In this document: positions 11,540-24,572 of the stretch, one piece after another | Numbering within the stretch: position 1 is the first letter of the stretch | Layout: each line of letters starts with the position of its first letter | Origin: Octopus vulgaris | Taxonomy: Eukaryota | NCBI GenBank assembly: GCA_951406725.2 | Contig: OX597815.1 | Coordinates: 67,084,001-67,148,000, forward strand | Direction of reading: 5' to 3' | DNA: 64,000 nt | Position numbers and translations under genes: made by a program | The notes under the pieces: model-generated | Told to the model about the DNA's origin: nothing | Seen by the model: only the letters and a program-made list of their open reading frames with translations | Databases searched by the model: none

Positions 11540-13460
11540 CCCCAATAGAGTAGTTTTCTGAGCATGTTTTACCCTCATGTCAATTCCAATTTCGCCAACA
11601 TATTTCTCAAACCTGGCTGTTAATGTTCCCAGTGCCTCTACAACTACTTAAATTATAGTTACTCTCTTCATTGCCCACATTCATGCAATTTCGTCTTTTA
11701 GTAGTCTGTACTTCTCCATCATTTCCAGCTGTTTATCATTACGCGTGTGTCCCTATGTATGGCAATGTCTATGATTTCGGTTTCCTCTTTTCTTTTATCT
11801 ACCACAACAATGTCTGGTCTCCGAGCATCGATTAGGGAATCACATTGGATTGTAACGGTGACGCCTTCTGATTTATGTTTGTACCATTTCTATTCTCTTT
11901 CAAGACAGTGCTTCTCACACAATCTCTAGTGAATAAAATTAGCTATATTATCATGCCTCCTTTTGTATTCCTTTTGGGCCAGTATGTTACATTCACTTAT
12001 TCACAATATGTGAGATTGTTTCATTTTTGCTGCCATACATACTACAAATGGGCGATTAACTGATCTTATCTATTTGGAACTTGGTGTAATTAGTTTTCAG
12101 AGCTTGTTCCTGGGCGCTGCTTACCAAAGCACAGTGCATCCTTTCAGATCATTTTTCCTTAACCATTTCCAGATGCTGGTCTCTTAGATATCGCCTATGC
12201 ATCGTTTTCATTTACCAGTTGTTCTCCATTTTGTTTCTTAAACACTTTTGGGTGCGTCACATTTTCACTAGGTATGGTGTTGCTATTAGAAATAGGAACA
12301 AACAAAGGTTCAATCTACTGTTTGACGTACTATCCCAGACAGTTTTCCTCACTGACAATACAGACCTTGCATCCTATGAAACCTCCTTCTCACTTGTATC
12401 TAGGCACTTACAGTTTGTCGATATCCCTTTTAGGGTGCAGTTCCTTGTTCACTGTCATCATTTTCATGGTTTTTCTTTCCCTTTCCTTGTTAGTTCTTTG
12501 TCCACCTAACGACACCTAACGACACTTGCAACGTGAGACCGTCCATGTATTCATTACCATGTTATTGTTATTTCCATTGAGTCTACTATAATTAATTAAT
12601 TAGGTTCTTCTGAAATATTCTTGCCTAAAGCTTTCCTTCATCTAACTCTCCTTGATTTTGCCATACTCCAAAATACCCAAATTCTTATATCTATCAATCT
12701 CAAGATCCTTGATTCTCGCTGTTGGGTAGTTCTCCACCATCAGATGACACAACTTTGCTTTTTTGTATGATAAGCATTCCACACTTTTTAATCCCAAATT
12801 CCATCCCGATATCCTTACTGAATATCTGCACAGCTGAAACCAGACCATTTATTTCACGTTCACTCTGAACTTTTCTCCATTTTTCAAGGTGCACCCTGAT
12901 GTCACTTTCCGTAATATCTGTGTGATGGGTATCATACAAATCAAAAATAGCAATGGTGACAGACTATCTCTCTGAAATATGCTTCTCCTGATGTTAACCT
13001 TTGCCAAAAATTTTACATATGATGTTAACTCTGTGTTCCAGTTCTCCATTGACTTCCTGATAAAATTTAAAATGTTATCAGAACTCTGTATCAACCCCAA
13101 ACCTTCTGTGTCGATAAAACAAGTACGAGTTGAGCACTGGGATCGATGCAGTCGACTTTTGCCTACCCTCAAAATTGCTGACCTTGTACCAAAATTTGAA
13201 AGATTGTTATTGTTATCTTGTTTGGTACAGCGACTTCGCTGGAGGATGTAACAAGGCGTCAGCTGTCCACAACCAGTGGGCAAGATAACACTCCCCATTT
13301 AGATTTCAAGAACTCTGCGGAGGATTCGTTCAGTTCCAAGAAAACACTGTTTTCTGTAGATGATCTATCTTCACATTTACTCCTATCTTTTCAATCCAGT
13401 TTGTGAGCATGAGACTTATAGTATCCAAAGCTCCAACAGCAACAGGTATAGCACTCTATT
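11540..13460 (-). mobile_element. R4/Dong-clade non-LTR retrotransposon fragments
   Basis: RT motif SIFQRDSLSPLLFLICMIP (GIFQGDSLSP) and DIGMEFGIKKC; restriction-like endonuclease RPDIVVVD...IIDIAI; many stops and frameshifts; SINE fragment at ~13105-13205. Confidence 0.8.
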
Positions 13461-13510
13461 ATTATTATTATGATCTTTCTTTAACAACTTTGTCTTTCAT
13501 TATTCCATAA

Positions 13511-13893
13511 TCTCTCTCTATATAAACGGCAGTTTGTCTGTGCGTGTTTCTGTGTGTCTGTTTGCTTGTACCCTCACCCTGACCACGACTTTCAACCGAT
13601 TCTGATGAAACTTGACACACACATAGCCCAATGTCATAATTCAAAACTAACGCAGCGAAAATTTTGAAAAGTTCTCCCAGTTCTGAAAAAAATCGATAAA
13701 TTCGACATGGGGTCGAGAATCATAAACACAAACCATAACGTCTAGGGGACGCAAATCCACCTTTCTTAACTCTCAAAAAAAAATTTACCATAATTTTTTT
13801 CCATTTTTTTGCTATTTTTTGGCTATAACTCTCTAAAAATGCTTTATAGTTATTTCCCTTACAAACCTGAGCAACGCCGGGCGATACTGCTAG
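13511..13893 (+). mobile_element. Non-autonomous Helitron
   Basis: 5' TC...TATAAA start, GC-rich subterminal hairpin (cctgagcaacgccggg), CTAG 3' end, A|T insertion site; same 3' end as 40290 and 42376. Confidence 0.8.
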
Positions 13894-14004
13894 TCGATAA
13901 ATAAAATACCAGTCATATACTGGAGTCAATGTAATTAACTGTTCGCGTCTAATTTCTCGCTTTGTGCTTCATTCAGAAATAATTACCTAGAGCAAATCGT
14001 CTGA

Positions 14005-14205
14005 AAGGCGGCGCGCGGGTTGAAGCGTCAGCACGTCCGATAAAATGTTTAGCAGCATTTCTTCTGGTTCTTTACGCTGTGAGTTCAAAATCTAGCGTGA
14101 TCAACTTTGCTTTTCAGGCTTTGAGGGTCGATAAAATAGGGTATCAGTCAAGTACTTGGATCAACAGTACCGATAAAGCCCTCTCCTCAACATTTCTGGT
14201 CTTGG
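14005..14205 (+). mobile_element. tRNA-derived SINE (degraded)
   Basis: 'aaggcggcgcgc...gagttcaaaatc...caactttgcttttc' family match. Confidence 0.7.
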
Positions 14206-15175
14206 CCTCTGTAACGGACCAGTGTCTCCTTTCACGGGGATGTTGTGATGTCGGTCACTTATACGCTATGGAAACCGTATAACAGGCTTTAGCGTCCTAG
14301 GGCTCAAGAAAAATACAAAAATATCTTGAAACTAAATAATTATGAATGGTTTCTTTATGCTTTATAAATAGTTTGGTGTGAGATTCGATATTTTGACCTT
14401 CCAATCCCCAATTACTTATCATCATTCTCTTCCATATGTTCTCTAGGTTTGCTTCATACTCTGTTCCTTATTCGAAGAAATCCATTGCTCAAGTCGCAGG
14501 ATTCGAAAGCACAGTTTTGGATTGCAATTACTAATGTCATATCGTCCAGAGCTCCAGTGTTCTTTGTATGTTCTTTTCGATTACAGAGAGATTTTCATTG
14601 GTTTCTCATCTCCGTATTTTAATTTATTTTATCACAGTTCTTACCTGAAATATTTCACCAGAAAATGGCCAACTTCGCGTTTTATTTACAGAAGAAGAAA
14701 ATCAAAAATATCACAGATCAATGTTCGAAAAACAACGACAAACAACAGCAACAACAAAAACAACAACGGTAGCAGCGTAGCAGCAGCAACAACAACAATA
14801 ACAAAACAACAACAACAAGTACAACAACGTAATCATTCGAAAACGAAAGGAAATTAAAAGAAACCAATTTCAAACCAAACAGTATAATTACTGGGCGAAG
14901 ATATTTGTCTATTGAACAGTAAACGATAGATATCTTCAGCCAGTAATGAGACTACTATTGGAAATAGCTTTCTGGACGTTCACAAGAATTAGCAAGGATT
15001 TCCAATTTATCTGTAAGAAAACAGACGAAGAAATTTGTCGAGGACCTGTAGTTTCTTAAAGCCGTCATTTGAGGTGACAGATGTGTATTGAATGCTAGAT
15101 AAGAGTTTGTACAAGCAGATTTGTTTGTGCTATGTAAATATTCGCAAAAGCGTGTATATAATAATAATAATAATG

Positions 15176-15239
<64 letters not shown>

Positions 15240-15794
15240 TAAAAATAATAGTCGAGCAATCAGAAGGAAATGACGATGGAAAAGAATTGATAACGAAAGA
15301 AAGAACGAAGTTGAATCTATTAGCAGATTTAGACAAATTTCGATGTAATGCTTAAGTAAGTTTTCTCTTTCTTTCTCTAAATTTCATTTGTCTTTCTCTC
15401 TCTCTCTCACTTTCCTCTTTCCATTCTTTCTCTTTTACACACACACACACACACACACATACAATCTCTCTCTCTCTCTCTCGCTCTCTCTTTCACACAC
15501 ACACACACACACACACAAACCACACAAACATATATATATATATATATATATATCAACAATTATCCACTTTGTTTTCTCCAGTGAAAATATTTGACAGCTG
15601 AAAGTATTTTTTTCCTGCCTTTTATTAAGAAATCAGATTGTTAATCAAATAATGATTTTCTTTTGACTTGGCACAAAGTCAATTTTTGGAGTAAAATAGT
15701 TGACACGAAGAAAAATAGTAAAGTTCTTCTGTCTTCATAAAGTAATACAAATATTTCAAATTGAGGGGAAACTTTTATGTAAGAAAGAAGAAAA

Positions 15795-15830
15795 GTCTAA
15801 CGTTTCGGACGTCAGTCCTTCTTCGAGGAG
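15795..15830 (-). ncRNA. Degenerate minimal hammerhead at the 3' end of a probable Penelope-like remnant (~15740-16330)
   Basis: Minus strand CTCCTCGAAGA-A-GGAC-TGAC-GTCC-GAAACGTT-AGAC: perfect stem II and AACGTT palindrome, but the core is disrupted. Confidence 0.5.
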
Positions 15831-16569
15831 AGAGAGAGAGGGGGGAGGGAGGGAGGGAGAGTAAAGCTCAAGGAGACAGACAGAGTAAACAGATGGAAAG
15901 AGAGGGAGAAAAGCTGGTCTGAAATAATGTGAGTAGTGTGTAAGTTGTACGATGTAGGAGGAGGTAAATTGTGAGAGAAAAGTTATGTTTGATGTAGCAG
16001 CCAAATACAAACCAGTGATGGTTAGGTGAATGAAGTAGAAAATAAGGTCATAAGCTGAACAAGTCGGCAACTTATACATAAGTACGGTGAGTGGGAGACG
16101 AGGGAATGACCTGGGAGGATGATCGGAACCATGAATTGAAAAAGTTCGCCGAGAAAAATACACTTAAGGAATTTGTAAGTTGTGAAGAACAAGAATTGAT
16201 AGAGGTGGTCATTTCTGTAAGGATAAAATTGAAGAGAGAATGGCGACAGAAAAGTGTTGGGGTTTTTGATGAGAGGTGGAGATGGTGGCAAAAAGAGGTA
16301 TGAAATAATCCTTTTGACAGGGCCCATATATACGATCTTGTATCACAGTAGAGTGTAAGGAGTTAAGGACCGAAACACATAAGTGGGGTTTCTTCTATGG
16401 AGACCTTGTGCTGTTCACCTCTTCCCAGAGTTTCTTACTAACACGAGCAAAGAACAAAATGTATGAAATATTCCATTTCATAGAGGGCACACATATGGTC
16501 TTGGCCCTATATCACTAGGCAAAAACAATTTTGAACAAAAGATACTGCCTTCCTCAAGGAACATATATT

Positions 16570-16812
16570 AAAGTTAAAGTTTCCTTCTCGAGTCATACAG
16601 ACTCATAAAGGCTGATTTCCTGGTTTCCATGGCACATATATTCCCCTCCTAGACGGAACGCCGGTCCATCGCAGGATTACTCATTTCTGCCAACTGAGAG
16701 GACTGGAGCAACGTGAAATAAAGTATTTTGCTCAAGAACACAACGCGTCGCCCGGTCCAGGAATAGAAAGCACAATCTTACGATAATGAATTCAACACCC
16801 TTATCACTAAGC
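16570..16812 (-). mobile_element. tRNA-derived SINE
   Basis: Reverse complement matches the 31226-31470 copy. Confidence 0.8.
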
Positions 16813-16912
16813 GAGGGGGTGTTGAACTCACATATATGAGTATATATTAGTTAGAAGTTCATTTTAAGGTATAGATATTTTTGAAAATCAGTTTTCAGTT
16901 AAACATTTTGTT

Positions 16913-16914
<2 letters not shown>

Positions 16915-16999
<85 letters not shown>

Positions 17000-17022
17000 G
17001 TATATATGTATATATATGTATA

Positions 17023-17071
<49 letters not shown>

Positions 17072-17118
17072 ATATATATATGCGTGTGTGTATATACGTA
17101 CATATATTCACAAGTATG

Positions 17119-17149
<31 letters not shown>

Positions 17150-17260
17150 GTGTATATATATATATACATACATATAAACATATACTTATATATATGCATA
17201 CATATTTATATATGTATATATTTATATATATATACGTATATATATATGTGTGTGTATGTG

Positions 17261-17314
<54 letters not shown>

Positions 17315-17318
17315 ATAT
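16915..17318. repeat. (TA)n compound microsatellite
   Basis: Directly visible. Confidence 0.95.
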
Positions 17319-17319
17319 A

Positions 17320-17727
17320 CAGTGTGTTCAAAACGTCTCTCCGCAGTAAGTATTTTATTGCAAAATAAATATTTATAAGATAGTATAAGACTACAAAAGA
17401 ATATATTAGATTTTACAAGACTTTAAAAAACTTTATAAGAGGTGTTGAAAGTGTTGTGACTTCATTTTCAATACATAAGTTGACTTTTCTACACATATTT
17501 TGAAATACATCTTGGAGAGTGTGACGCAGTATGGACCATGTGAAGGTTATGATTGCGTCTTTTAGCTCATTAATGGTTTTTCGGGCGATTCTTGTACACT
17601 GATCCTTTACTTGCTTCCCAGAAAAAAGACTGGCGGTGTTAAATCAGGTGATTTTGGTGGCCAAAGTCCCTTCGAAATAATCCGTTCACCGAAAAATTCC
17701 CTGCGGAGAGACTTTTTGAACACCCTG
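17320..17727 (-). mobile_element. Tc1/mariner-superfamily deletion derivative (MITE-like) with both TIRs
   Basis: TIRs CAGTGTGTTCAAAACGTCTCTCCGCAG / CTGCGGAGAGACTTTTTGAACACCCTG; TA on the left; internal WPPKSPDLTP transposase C-terminus on the minus strand. Confidence 0.85.
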
Positions 17728-18329
17728 CATGTATATATGTATGTGTGTGTGTGTATCAATATATACAATGATGAATTGAAAACCAATTTTCAAAATATAT
17801 CTATAATACCTTAAAATAAAACAAATTTTTCATTAGTATATATGTATATGCAGAGAGGGATTGAAAGAAATATTATGTTACATGGACATGGAGGCGATAC
17901 ATAAGGTGTATATATATATATGTAAATGGAGCTAAATGCAGGTGTTATTCAAATCTTTTTACTTCCGACAGAAGGAATAAGATGGTGTAAAACAATCTTC
18001 CCATCAGGGAAAGAAAGAAACCAAACACAGCAACAAGACATTTTAATATAATGTAATGACTGCGTATATGATGAAGGGAACGCTGGCAATTAAAAAAAAA
18101 CAAACAAACCGTTAGTAGATATAACGTCAAAGGTAATTTATAGAAAGAGAAGAAGGAGACAGAAAGAAATTAGCAGGAAACTAATAGTAGAGAGATATAA
18201 AACGATAGGTGAATAGCAATAAAGTTTAAAGGCTTGGGAGTAGATATATTTAGTGGAAGTGAAATGTAAGAAGACAGTCAAAGGTCGAATTTTATAGAAT
18301 AGCAGAAATCACTTATAGGAACTATAGAT

Positions 18330-19575
18330 ATATTTTTGCCAATGATTGCAGCGATAAACACGTTTTATAAACCTGTTTACAAGAGGCTTCTCTGAGAACG
18401 ACAGGAAATACATTTCACTGTTACAAAGCGGACAAAAAGATTTACCTTTATCATATGGAAAAGATATAAATAGAATATTACATTCCAAATCAAATTGTTT
18501 ATTATGATTCTTTAGGTACCAAATTAATTTACTAAGCCCAGTATTGTTACGTTTATTAATATGTCTAAATGACTAAATATTCTTCTGGACAACTGAGATG
18601 AAGAGCTACCTATATAAAAAGGACCTATATAAAAAAGATATCTGATCCGGAAGTAATTTTACATTGATAAATAGAGTTCTAGTCTTAGAATTACTGCAAT
18701 TGGAATCAGCATAAGAAAAACTAACACCGCTGCTATTATTTAAAGACTGGTTAGTGTTAATAAAATCAACGTTACTATTTTCATTAAGTGGATTTGTATT
18801 TAGCAACTAATTATTATGCTAATTATGCGAAGAGATGATTTGTGAAAGATTTTTTATGCTAGAAAACCCTATCCTGATTCGTTGTGAATTAATAATCGAA
18901 TAGTATCTTGAATTTCTTGGGAAATTCTTTTTTGTATCTTCACGAAACTAGTAAGGGGGGTTGGATTTGATCTGCTTACAATATGGAATTATTAAGCAAA
19001 CAGTTTTGCTTGGAAATACCTTGTTATTGGGGTAATTATCTTTAAAAGTACTCGATGTACCTTTATAATGAAAATCGGGTCTTAAATAACGGTTATCTCC
19101 CTTACGCTGCAAAATTGCATTACTCGATTTGGTGTTATTATTCGAAATAAAATTAATATTGCTAACATCGTTATGACTTGATTTCATGTTCTGATTAATA
19201 GAGGTAGAATTAATGTCAATAGTGTTAATATAGGTAATTTTTTCTTTATAGCCTGCTTTAAGTAAGGCAGTTATAAAATTCAGCTTTATCGTTGAAGATA
19301 TCAACATTAGCAGATAATCTAGAAAGCCTAAGTGAAATATTTCTAACTAAATTCTTTGTAATAGCCTTAGACTAATTACTGAGCTAATTAACCGCTAATA
19401 TATTTAAAATTAGTTGAGGATTTATGGTATGAGAAATATGATCCATTATGCAAGTTAAGGGTAATATCCAAAATGTTAGCTTTAGTTATATCATCAAAAA
19501 TAATTCTTAAGCGCATGTTTCGGAAAAATTTAACTAAGCTATTCTTAACCCATTGTAATTTTTAACTAGAAGCAT
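18330..19575 (-). mobile_element. Penelope-like retroelement relic (RT thumb + GIY-YIG endonuclease)
   Basis: Minus-strand pieces ANILDITLNLHNGSYFSYHK, LKAGYKEKITY, FYIGSSSSQLSRRI and TGLSKLIWYLKNHNKQFDL...GKSFCPLCNSEMYF. Confidence 0.8.
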
Positions 19576-19576
19576 T

Positions 19577-19651
<75 letters not shown>

Positions 19652-19674
19652 GTGTGTGTGTGTGTGTGTGTGTG

Positions 19675-20070
19675 TGTAGGTAGAGATACAACAGGAGCCA
19701 CTCCTACTATAAATTCTTCCTATGACCTTAAACGATACTAAACCCAACCACACACACACAGACACACGTGCTATCGTTACACACACACACGTACACACAC
19801 ACACACAGACATGCGCGCACGCACACACGCACACACATACACACACACATACCTCCTTCTCTTGTCTTTGAAAGAACTTTTTCTTCACCCATTCCCTTCC
19901 GGTCATTCAATATGTGACCGCGTGTGTATCTTTCCTTTTTCTATGTTTCTGACGAAGAGCACTGCTCGAAACGTTAAATCCTCCTTCTTTCTTTCCTTTC
20001 CTGAACGTCCAATAACACTATACTTGTTCCACGTCCTCGTGTTGTTGTGTTTTCATGTTTAGATTAACAA
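19675..20070 (+). mobile_element. Short non-autonomous Penelope-type terminal repeat between microsatellites
   Basis: Carries a minimal HHR and is bounded by (TA)n/(TG)n. Confidence 0.6.
19945..19979 (+). ncRNA. Minimal type I hammerhead ribozyme (canonical core)
   Basis: TTT-CTGACGA-A-GAGC-ACT-GCTC-GAAA-CG-TT^AAA; palindromic AACGTT stem III typical of Penelope dimeric HHRs. Confidence 0.8.
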
Positions 20071-20157
20071 TATATATATATATATATATATGGACGTAGA
20101 AACGATATACAAGGAGTACACACACATATGGACATAGAAGCGATACATAAGGAATAT

Positions 20158-20206
<49 letters not shown>

Positions 20207-20210
<4 letters not shown>

Positions 20211-20428
20211 ATGTTGAGCCTCTTTAGTTCACGGTCAATGATGGCCGTTTTCCTTGTGTCTTCAATCCTGAGAAGATCATCAGATATTCCAGGACACATG
20301 GTCCTGACATTCCAGCTTGCCAACCGCAGAACTGGTGTTTTCTTGACTTTTAGTTGCTTGCCTGGTGCAGAGGTTGCAGGCCGCTTTTCGAGACATATTC
20401 TTAGCTCCAAGCACCCAATGGAGCACCA
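20207..20428 (-). mobile_element. RTE-clade LINE 5' fragment (start of APE endonuclease)
   Basis: LRLASWNVRTM...RKTAIIDRELKRLNIDI; flanked by (TA)n. Confidence 0.85.
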
Positions 20429-20639
20429 TATATATATATATATATACACACATAAATATATATATTTATTCCTTATGTGTCGTCTCTATATTTAGGTGAC
20501 GTAATTTTTTTTCATTCTCATCTGCAGCACCCACCAATTTTCTGTATTTCTTTCAACTTTAAACACTTTTTCTGTTTCTTCTATCTTGCTTTGTCTCGCA
20601 TTCTTTCAGCTCTTATAATCTAACTCTCCCTTTCCTATC

Positions 20640-20670
<31 letters not shown>

Positions 20671-21676
20671 ACTCTCTTTTGGCTGCGTTCTTTTTCTCTC
20701 CGTCATTTTCTGTTTATCCCAGCTTTCCTTTCATCTCCTTTCACATTTTCACTTTCTATACAACCTCCCTCATATTGAAACACATTTCAATATAAATATC
20801 AATATCAATATGTATATATGAATGTATGTATGTATGTATGTATGTATGTATGTATGTATGTATGTATGTATGTATGTATGCATGTATGCATGTATGCATG
20901 CATATACATATAGAATCATTTATCTACATTTATGCACACATATTTATACATGTATATGCACACCAATATATACATACATGCATATATGTACTCATTCATC
21001 CATACATCAATACATACATAGATGTACATACATGTATACATACTCACATACGCACATATACATTCATACCTACACACAATGACACACATATACATATATG
21101 CGTATATATATACCGTTCCTACACACACAGTTCTCCTCCATCACTATTATCTTCAAACTGCAGCCGTCATTACTTCTTTCCGTTGTCACTTCTAACTTAA
21201 TAATATAGATTTAACATACTATTACAATTATCTTTTATTATTAAATCATCATCATCGTCATCACCACCCTCCTTCTCGTCGTCGTCGTTGGCTTCGTCCT
21301 CCTCCTTTTCCTCCTCATCATTATCATCATCCCCTCTTTTTCATAAGCATTATCATCGGCGTCATCATCGTCACCATCACAACCACCACTACTTATATTC
21401 ATTCTTGCTATTGTTGTTGTTACTATTATTATTATTATAATAATAATTAGTTATTATCATTATTATCAATGATTATCATTATTCTTAATACTACTACTTA
21501 TATGACTACTGCATTATTACATCATGAACACATCACTGTGCTCATCGCGATTGCCGAAATCATTTACAAAATGTAAGGAATTGTATTACACACACATACA
21601 TACATTTGTATGTGCATAAAGATGTTATGCATATACACAGAAATCAGAAAGTTATGCATTTAAAGCAGAAATTACA

Positions 21677-21742
<66 letters not shown>

Positions 21743-21801
21743 ATATCCATATGTGCACATATACTCACACACACACACACATAAATATATATACATCCAT
21801 A

Positions 21802-21894
<93 letters not shown>

Positions 21895-22034
21895 ATGTTT
21901 TGTTTTAATATCTCATTAGAACAAGTAAAGAAAGGACTCAAAAACCAAAAAGTTTCCTCACTCACTTCCGTTCTAATTTAATGAAAACATTTATTAAATC
22001 ATCATCATCATCGTCGTCGTCGTTGTTGTTGTTG

Positions 22035-22143
<109 letters not shown>

Positions 22144-22499
22144 CGTTAGTGTTTTAATAATTACCATCAACATTACCATCGCCGCTATCATCAGATTGAT
22201 TTCATTTCAATTAAACATAGAATACTTCCAATATTGTCTCACAGTTTTCTCAAGGAAGTTCCACCAACCGAAATCGTGCTGCAAACGATTTCAGTCTTAA
22301 AAATTACCGTCAATTCTTTTAAAAGATTAATTACTTCTGCGTCGTTTTGTTTTTATGGAACTCTATCTTAGCTTCACAAAAAAAAAAAAAAATGTAGAAT
22401 ATGTTTTTATTGTTGTTGTTGCTGGTGGCGTTGGTGGTTGTGGTGATGTATTTAGTTAGTTATTTATTTCCGGTCTTTTAATTTGTTGCTGAAACCTTT

Positions 22500-22865
22500 T
22501 ATGTTATGACTTGTTTTAGTCATTAGACTGCGGCCATACTGGGGCCGCAATTTTAAAAAATTTGTTACTTAGTCTAACGGTCAGCTAAGTTACAGTGACT
22601 TAGAAAGAAACACTGGTTGTCAAGCGTTGATGGGCGACACAAACAAAGACATACATACACACACATGCATACATATATACATACATGCATACATTCATAC
22701 ATACATCTGTACACACACATGCACCCACACACGTATATGATGAGCTTCCACACACTCTCTGTCTACCAAATTCACTCACAAGGTAGGGGCTATAGTAGAT
22801 GACACTTGCCCAAGGGTTTGCGCAGTGGGAGTGAATCCGAAACCATGTGTTTACAAAGCGAACTT
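22500..22865 (-). mobile_element. tRNA/CORE-type SINE
   Basis: 'ctatagtagatgacacttgcccaagg...gcagtgggagtgaatccgaaaccatgtg' family match. Confidence 0.8.
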
Positions 22866-23305
22866 CGTCTTTAGCACTTAAGTAAGATATGATATATTTT
22901 GAATATTGATTTTTCTATTTATCTTATGCTCAATTCGAAACCTCAAGTTCTAAACGAAATTCTAAATTGTCAAACAAAAGGAATTGGCACGTATCGACAT
23001 TGATGCCGTTACCAGAAATGTCACTGGTGTCATTCAACCATAAACCAAAACGGAATGATGGAATTCTTGTTTATTCTTTATGGAATACACTAGTGAGTCG
23101 TATGACAGGTAACTTTGGAAGTATACTTTTACCACCAAGAGTAATAGCAGGGAATACGGCATGCATACAATAATTATAATTTAAATTTTATCAAATTTAT
23201 TAGTGCTTATACAAAATAATGAAATGAATATTAATTTCTGAAAGAAAAATATTTATCACATTAAAATAAAATTAAATAATACAAATTTCTAACTTATAGA
23301 TTTAG

Positions 23306-24572
23306 TATCAGGTCATCTCATAAGTTCTGTTCGATTTTACCTTTTCTAAAATTGAATGAAATTTAATAGTATTTTATAATGTCTAATGGAATTAAAAATT
23401 ATTTTTATGCATTTGTGTACATTTAAACTAATTAAATATTATTTTATAGAATAATAGAATTAAAATTTGATTAAAACTCTTTCTAACATGAAAGTATCCA
23501 AAGAGCATTTGAGGCACATAATGGAAATTCTGTAGCCGAAGCGACTCGAAACATACACTCAGTTTATGGGAAATAATGCTTGAATGAAAGAACTTGCAGA
23601 AGATGGTTTGCAAAATTCAGAAGTGGAGATTTCAGCCTTGAAGATGAAGATCGAACAGGACGTCCGGTTGAGTTTGATGATAAGCTCCTTGAGGCATTAC
23701 TTGAAGAAAATCCTGCATTATAAGTTGAAGACTTGGCAATAAAGCTTAGTTCAAACCATACAACTGTTTATCGTCACCTTCAACAACTTGGAAAGGTTCC
23801 TAAACTTGGAAAATGGATGCCTCATGAATTGTCCGAAAGCAACCGCAAATCCCGAGTTGACATCTGCTCTTCTCTCCATTCTCGTGAACTCATTTCACCC
23901 TTTCTGGATAGACTTGTGACTAGTGACGAAAAATGGATCTTCTATTGAAATGTTAAACATCGTAAACAGTGGCTTAGTAAAAAGGAAAAAAGCTCAACCA
24001 CAACCGAAAAGGGAACTTCATGGGGGAAAAGGTTCTTCTCTCTATCTGGTGGGATTGCAAAGGAGTAATTCACTTTGAATTGTTACCACCTAATGCAACA
24101 ATCAATACTTAAGTCTATTGTCAGCAATTAGAGCGTTTCAACCAAGCTTTGAAGAAAAAAAGACCCGCTTTAGTGAATCGAAAAGGAGTGATGTTTCATC
24201 AGGACAATGCGCGACCCCACACTGCAAAGATCACATCACAGAAGATCGAAGAGCTTGGTTGGGAAAAAAATTCCTCATCCACCTTATTCTCCCGAACTTG
24301 CTCCTTCAAACTACTATTTGTTTCGTAGTTTACAGAATCATTTGGAGGACATAACTTTCGCAAGCCAGGAGGAGGTCGAAACTGACATTTCAGAGTTCTT
24401 CACTTTGAAACCAAAAGAGTTTTACATTGATGGGATTGAAAAGCTTGTAAATAGATGGAAGGCAGTTATAGATAATCAGGGAAAGTACATTGATGATTAA
24501 ATTTCAATTAAATATAACATTTGATCACTTGTTTTCTTTATTCAGAATTCGGTCTTAGGAGATGACCTGATA
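23306..24572 (+). mobile_element. Full-length decayed mariner (Hsmar1/SETMAR-like DD34D)
   Basis: TA-flanked TIRs TCAGGTCATCTC / GAGATGACCTGA; WMPHEL, TSDEKW, HQDNARPH and YSPELAPSNY motifs; frameshifts and stops. Confidence 0.93.

Noticed and set aside
18400-18450. Selenocysteine recoding in the PLE endonuclease
   Set aside because: The CPLC motif uses TGT codons, and stops elsewhere are explained by decay
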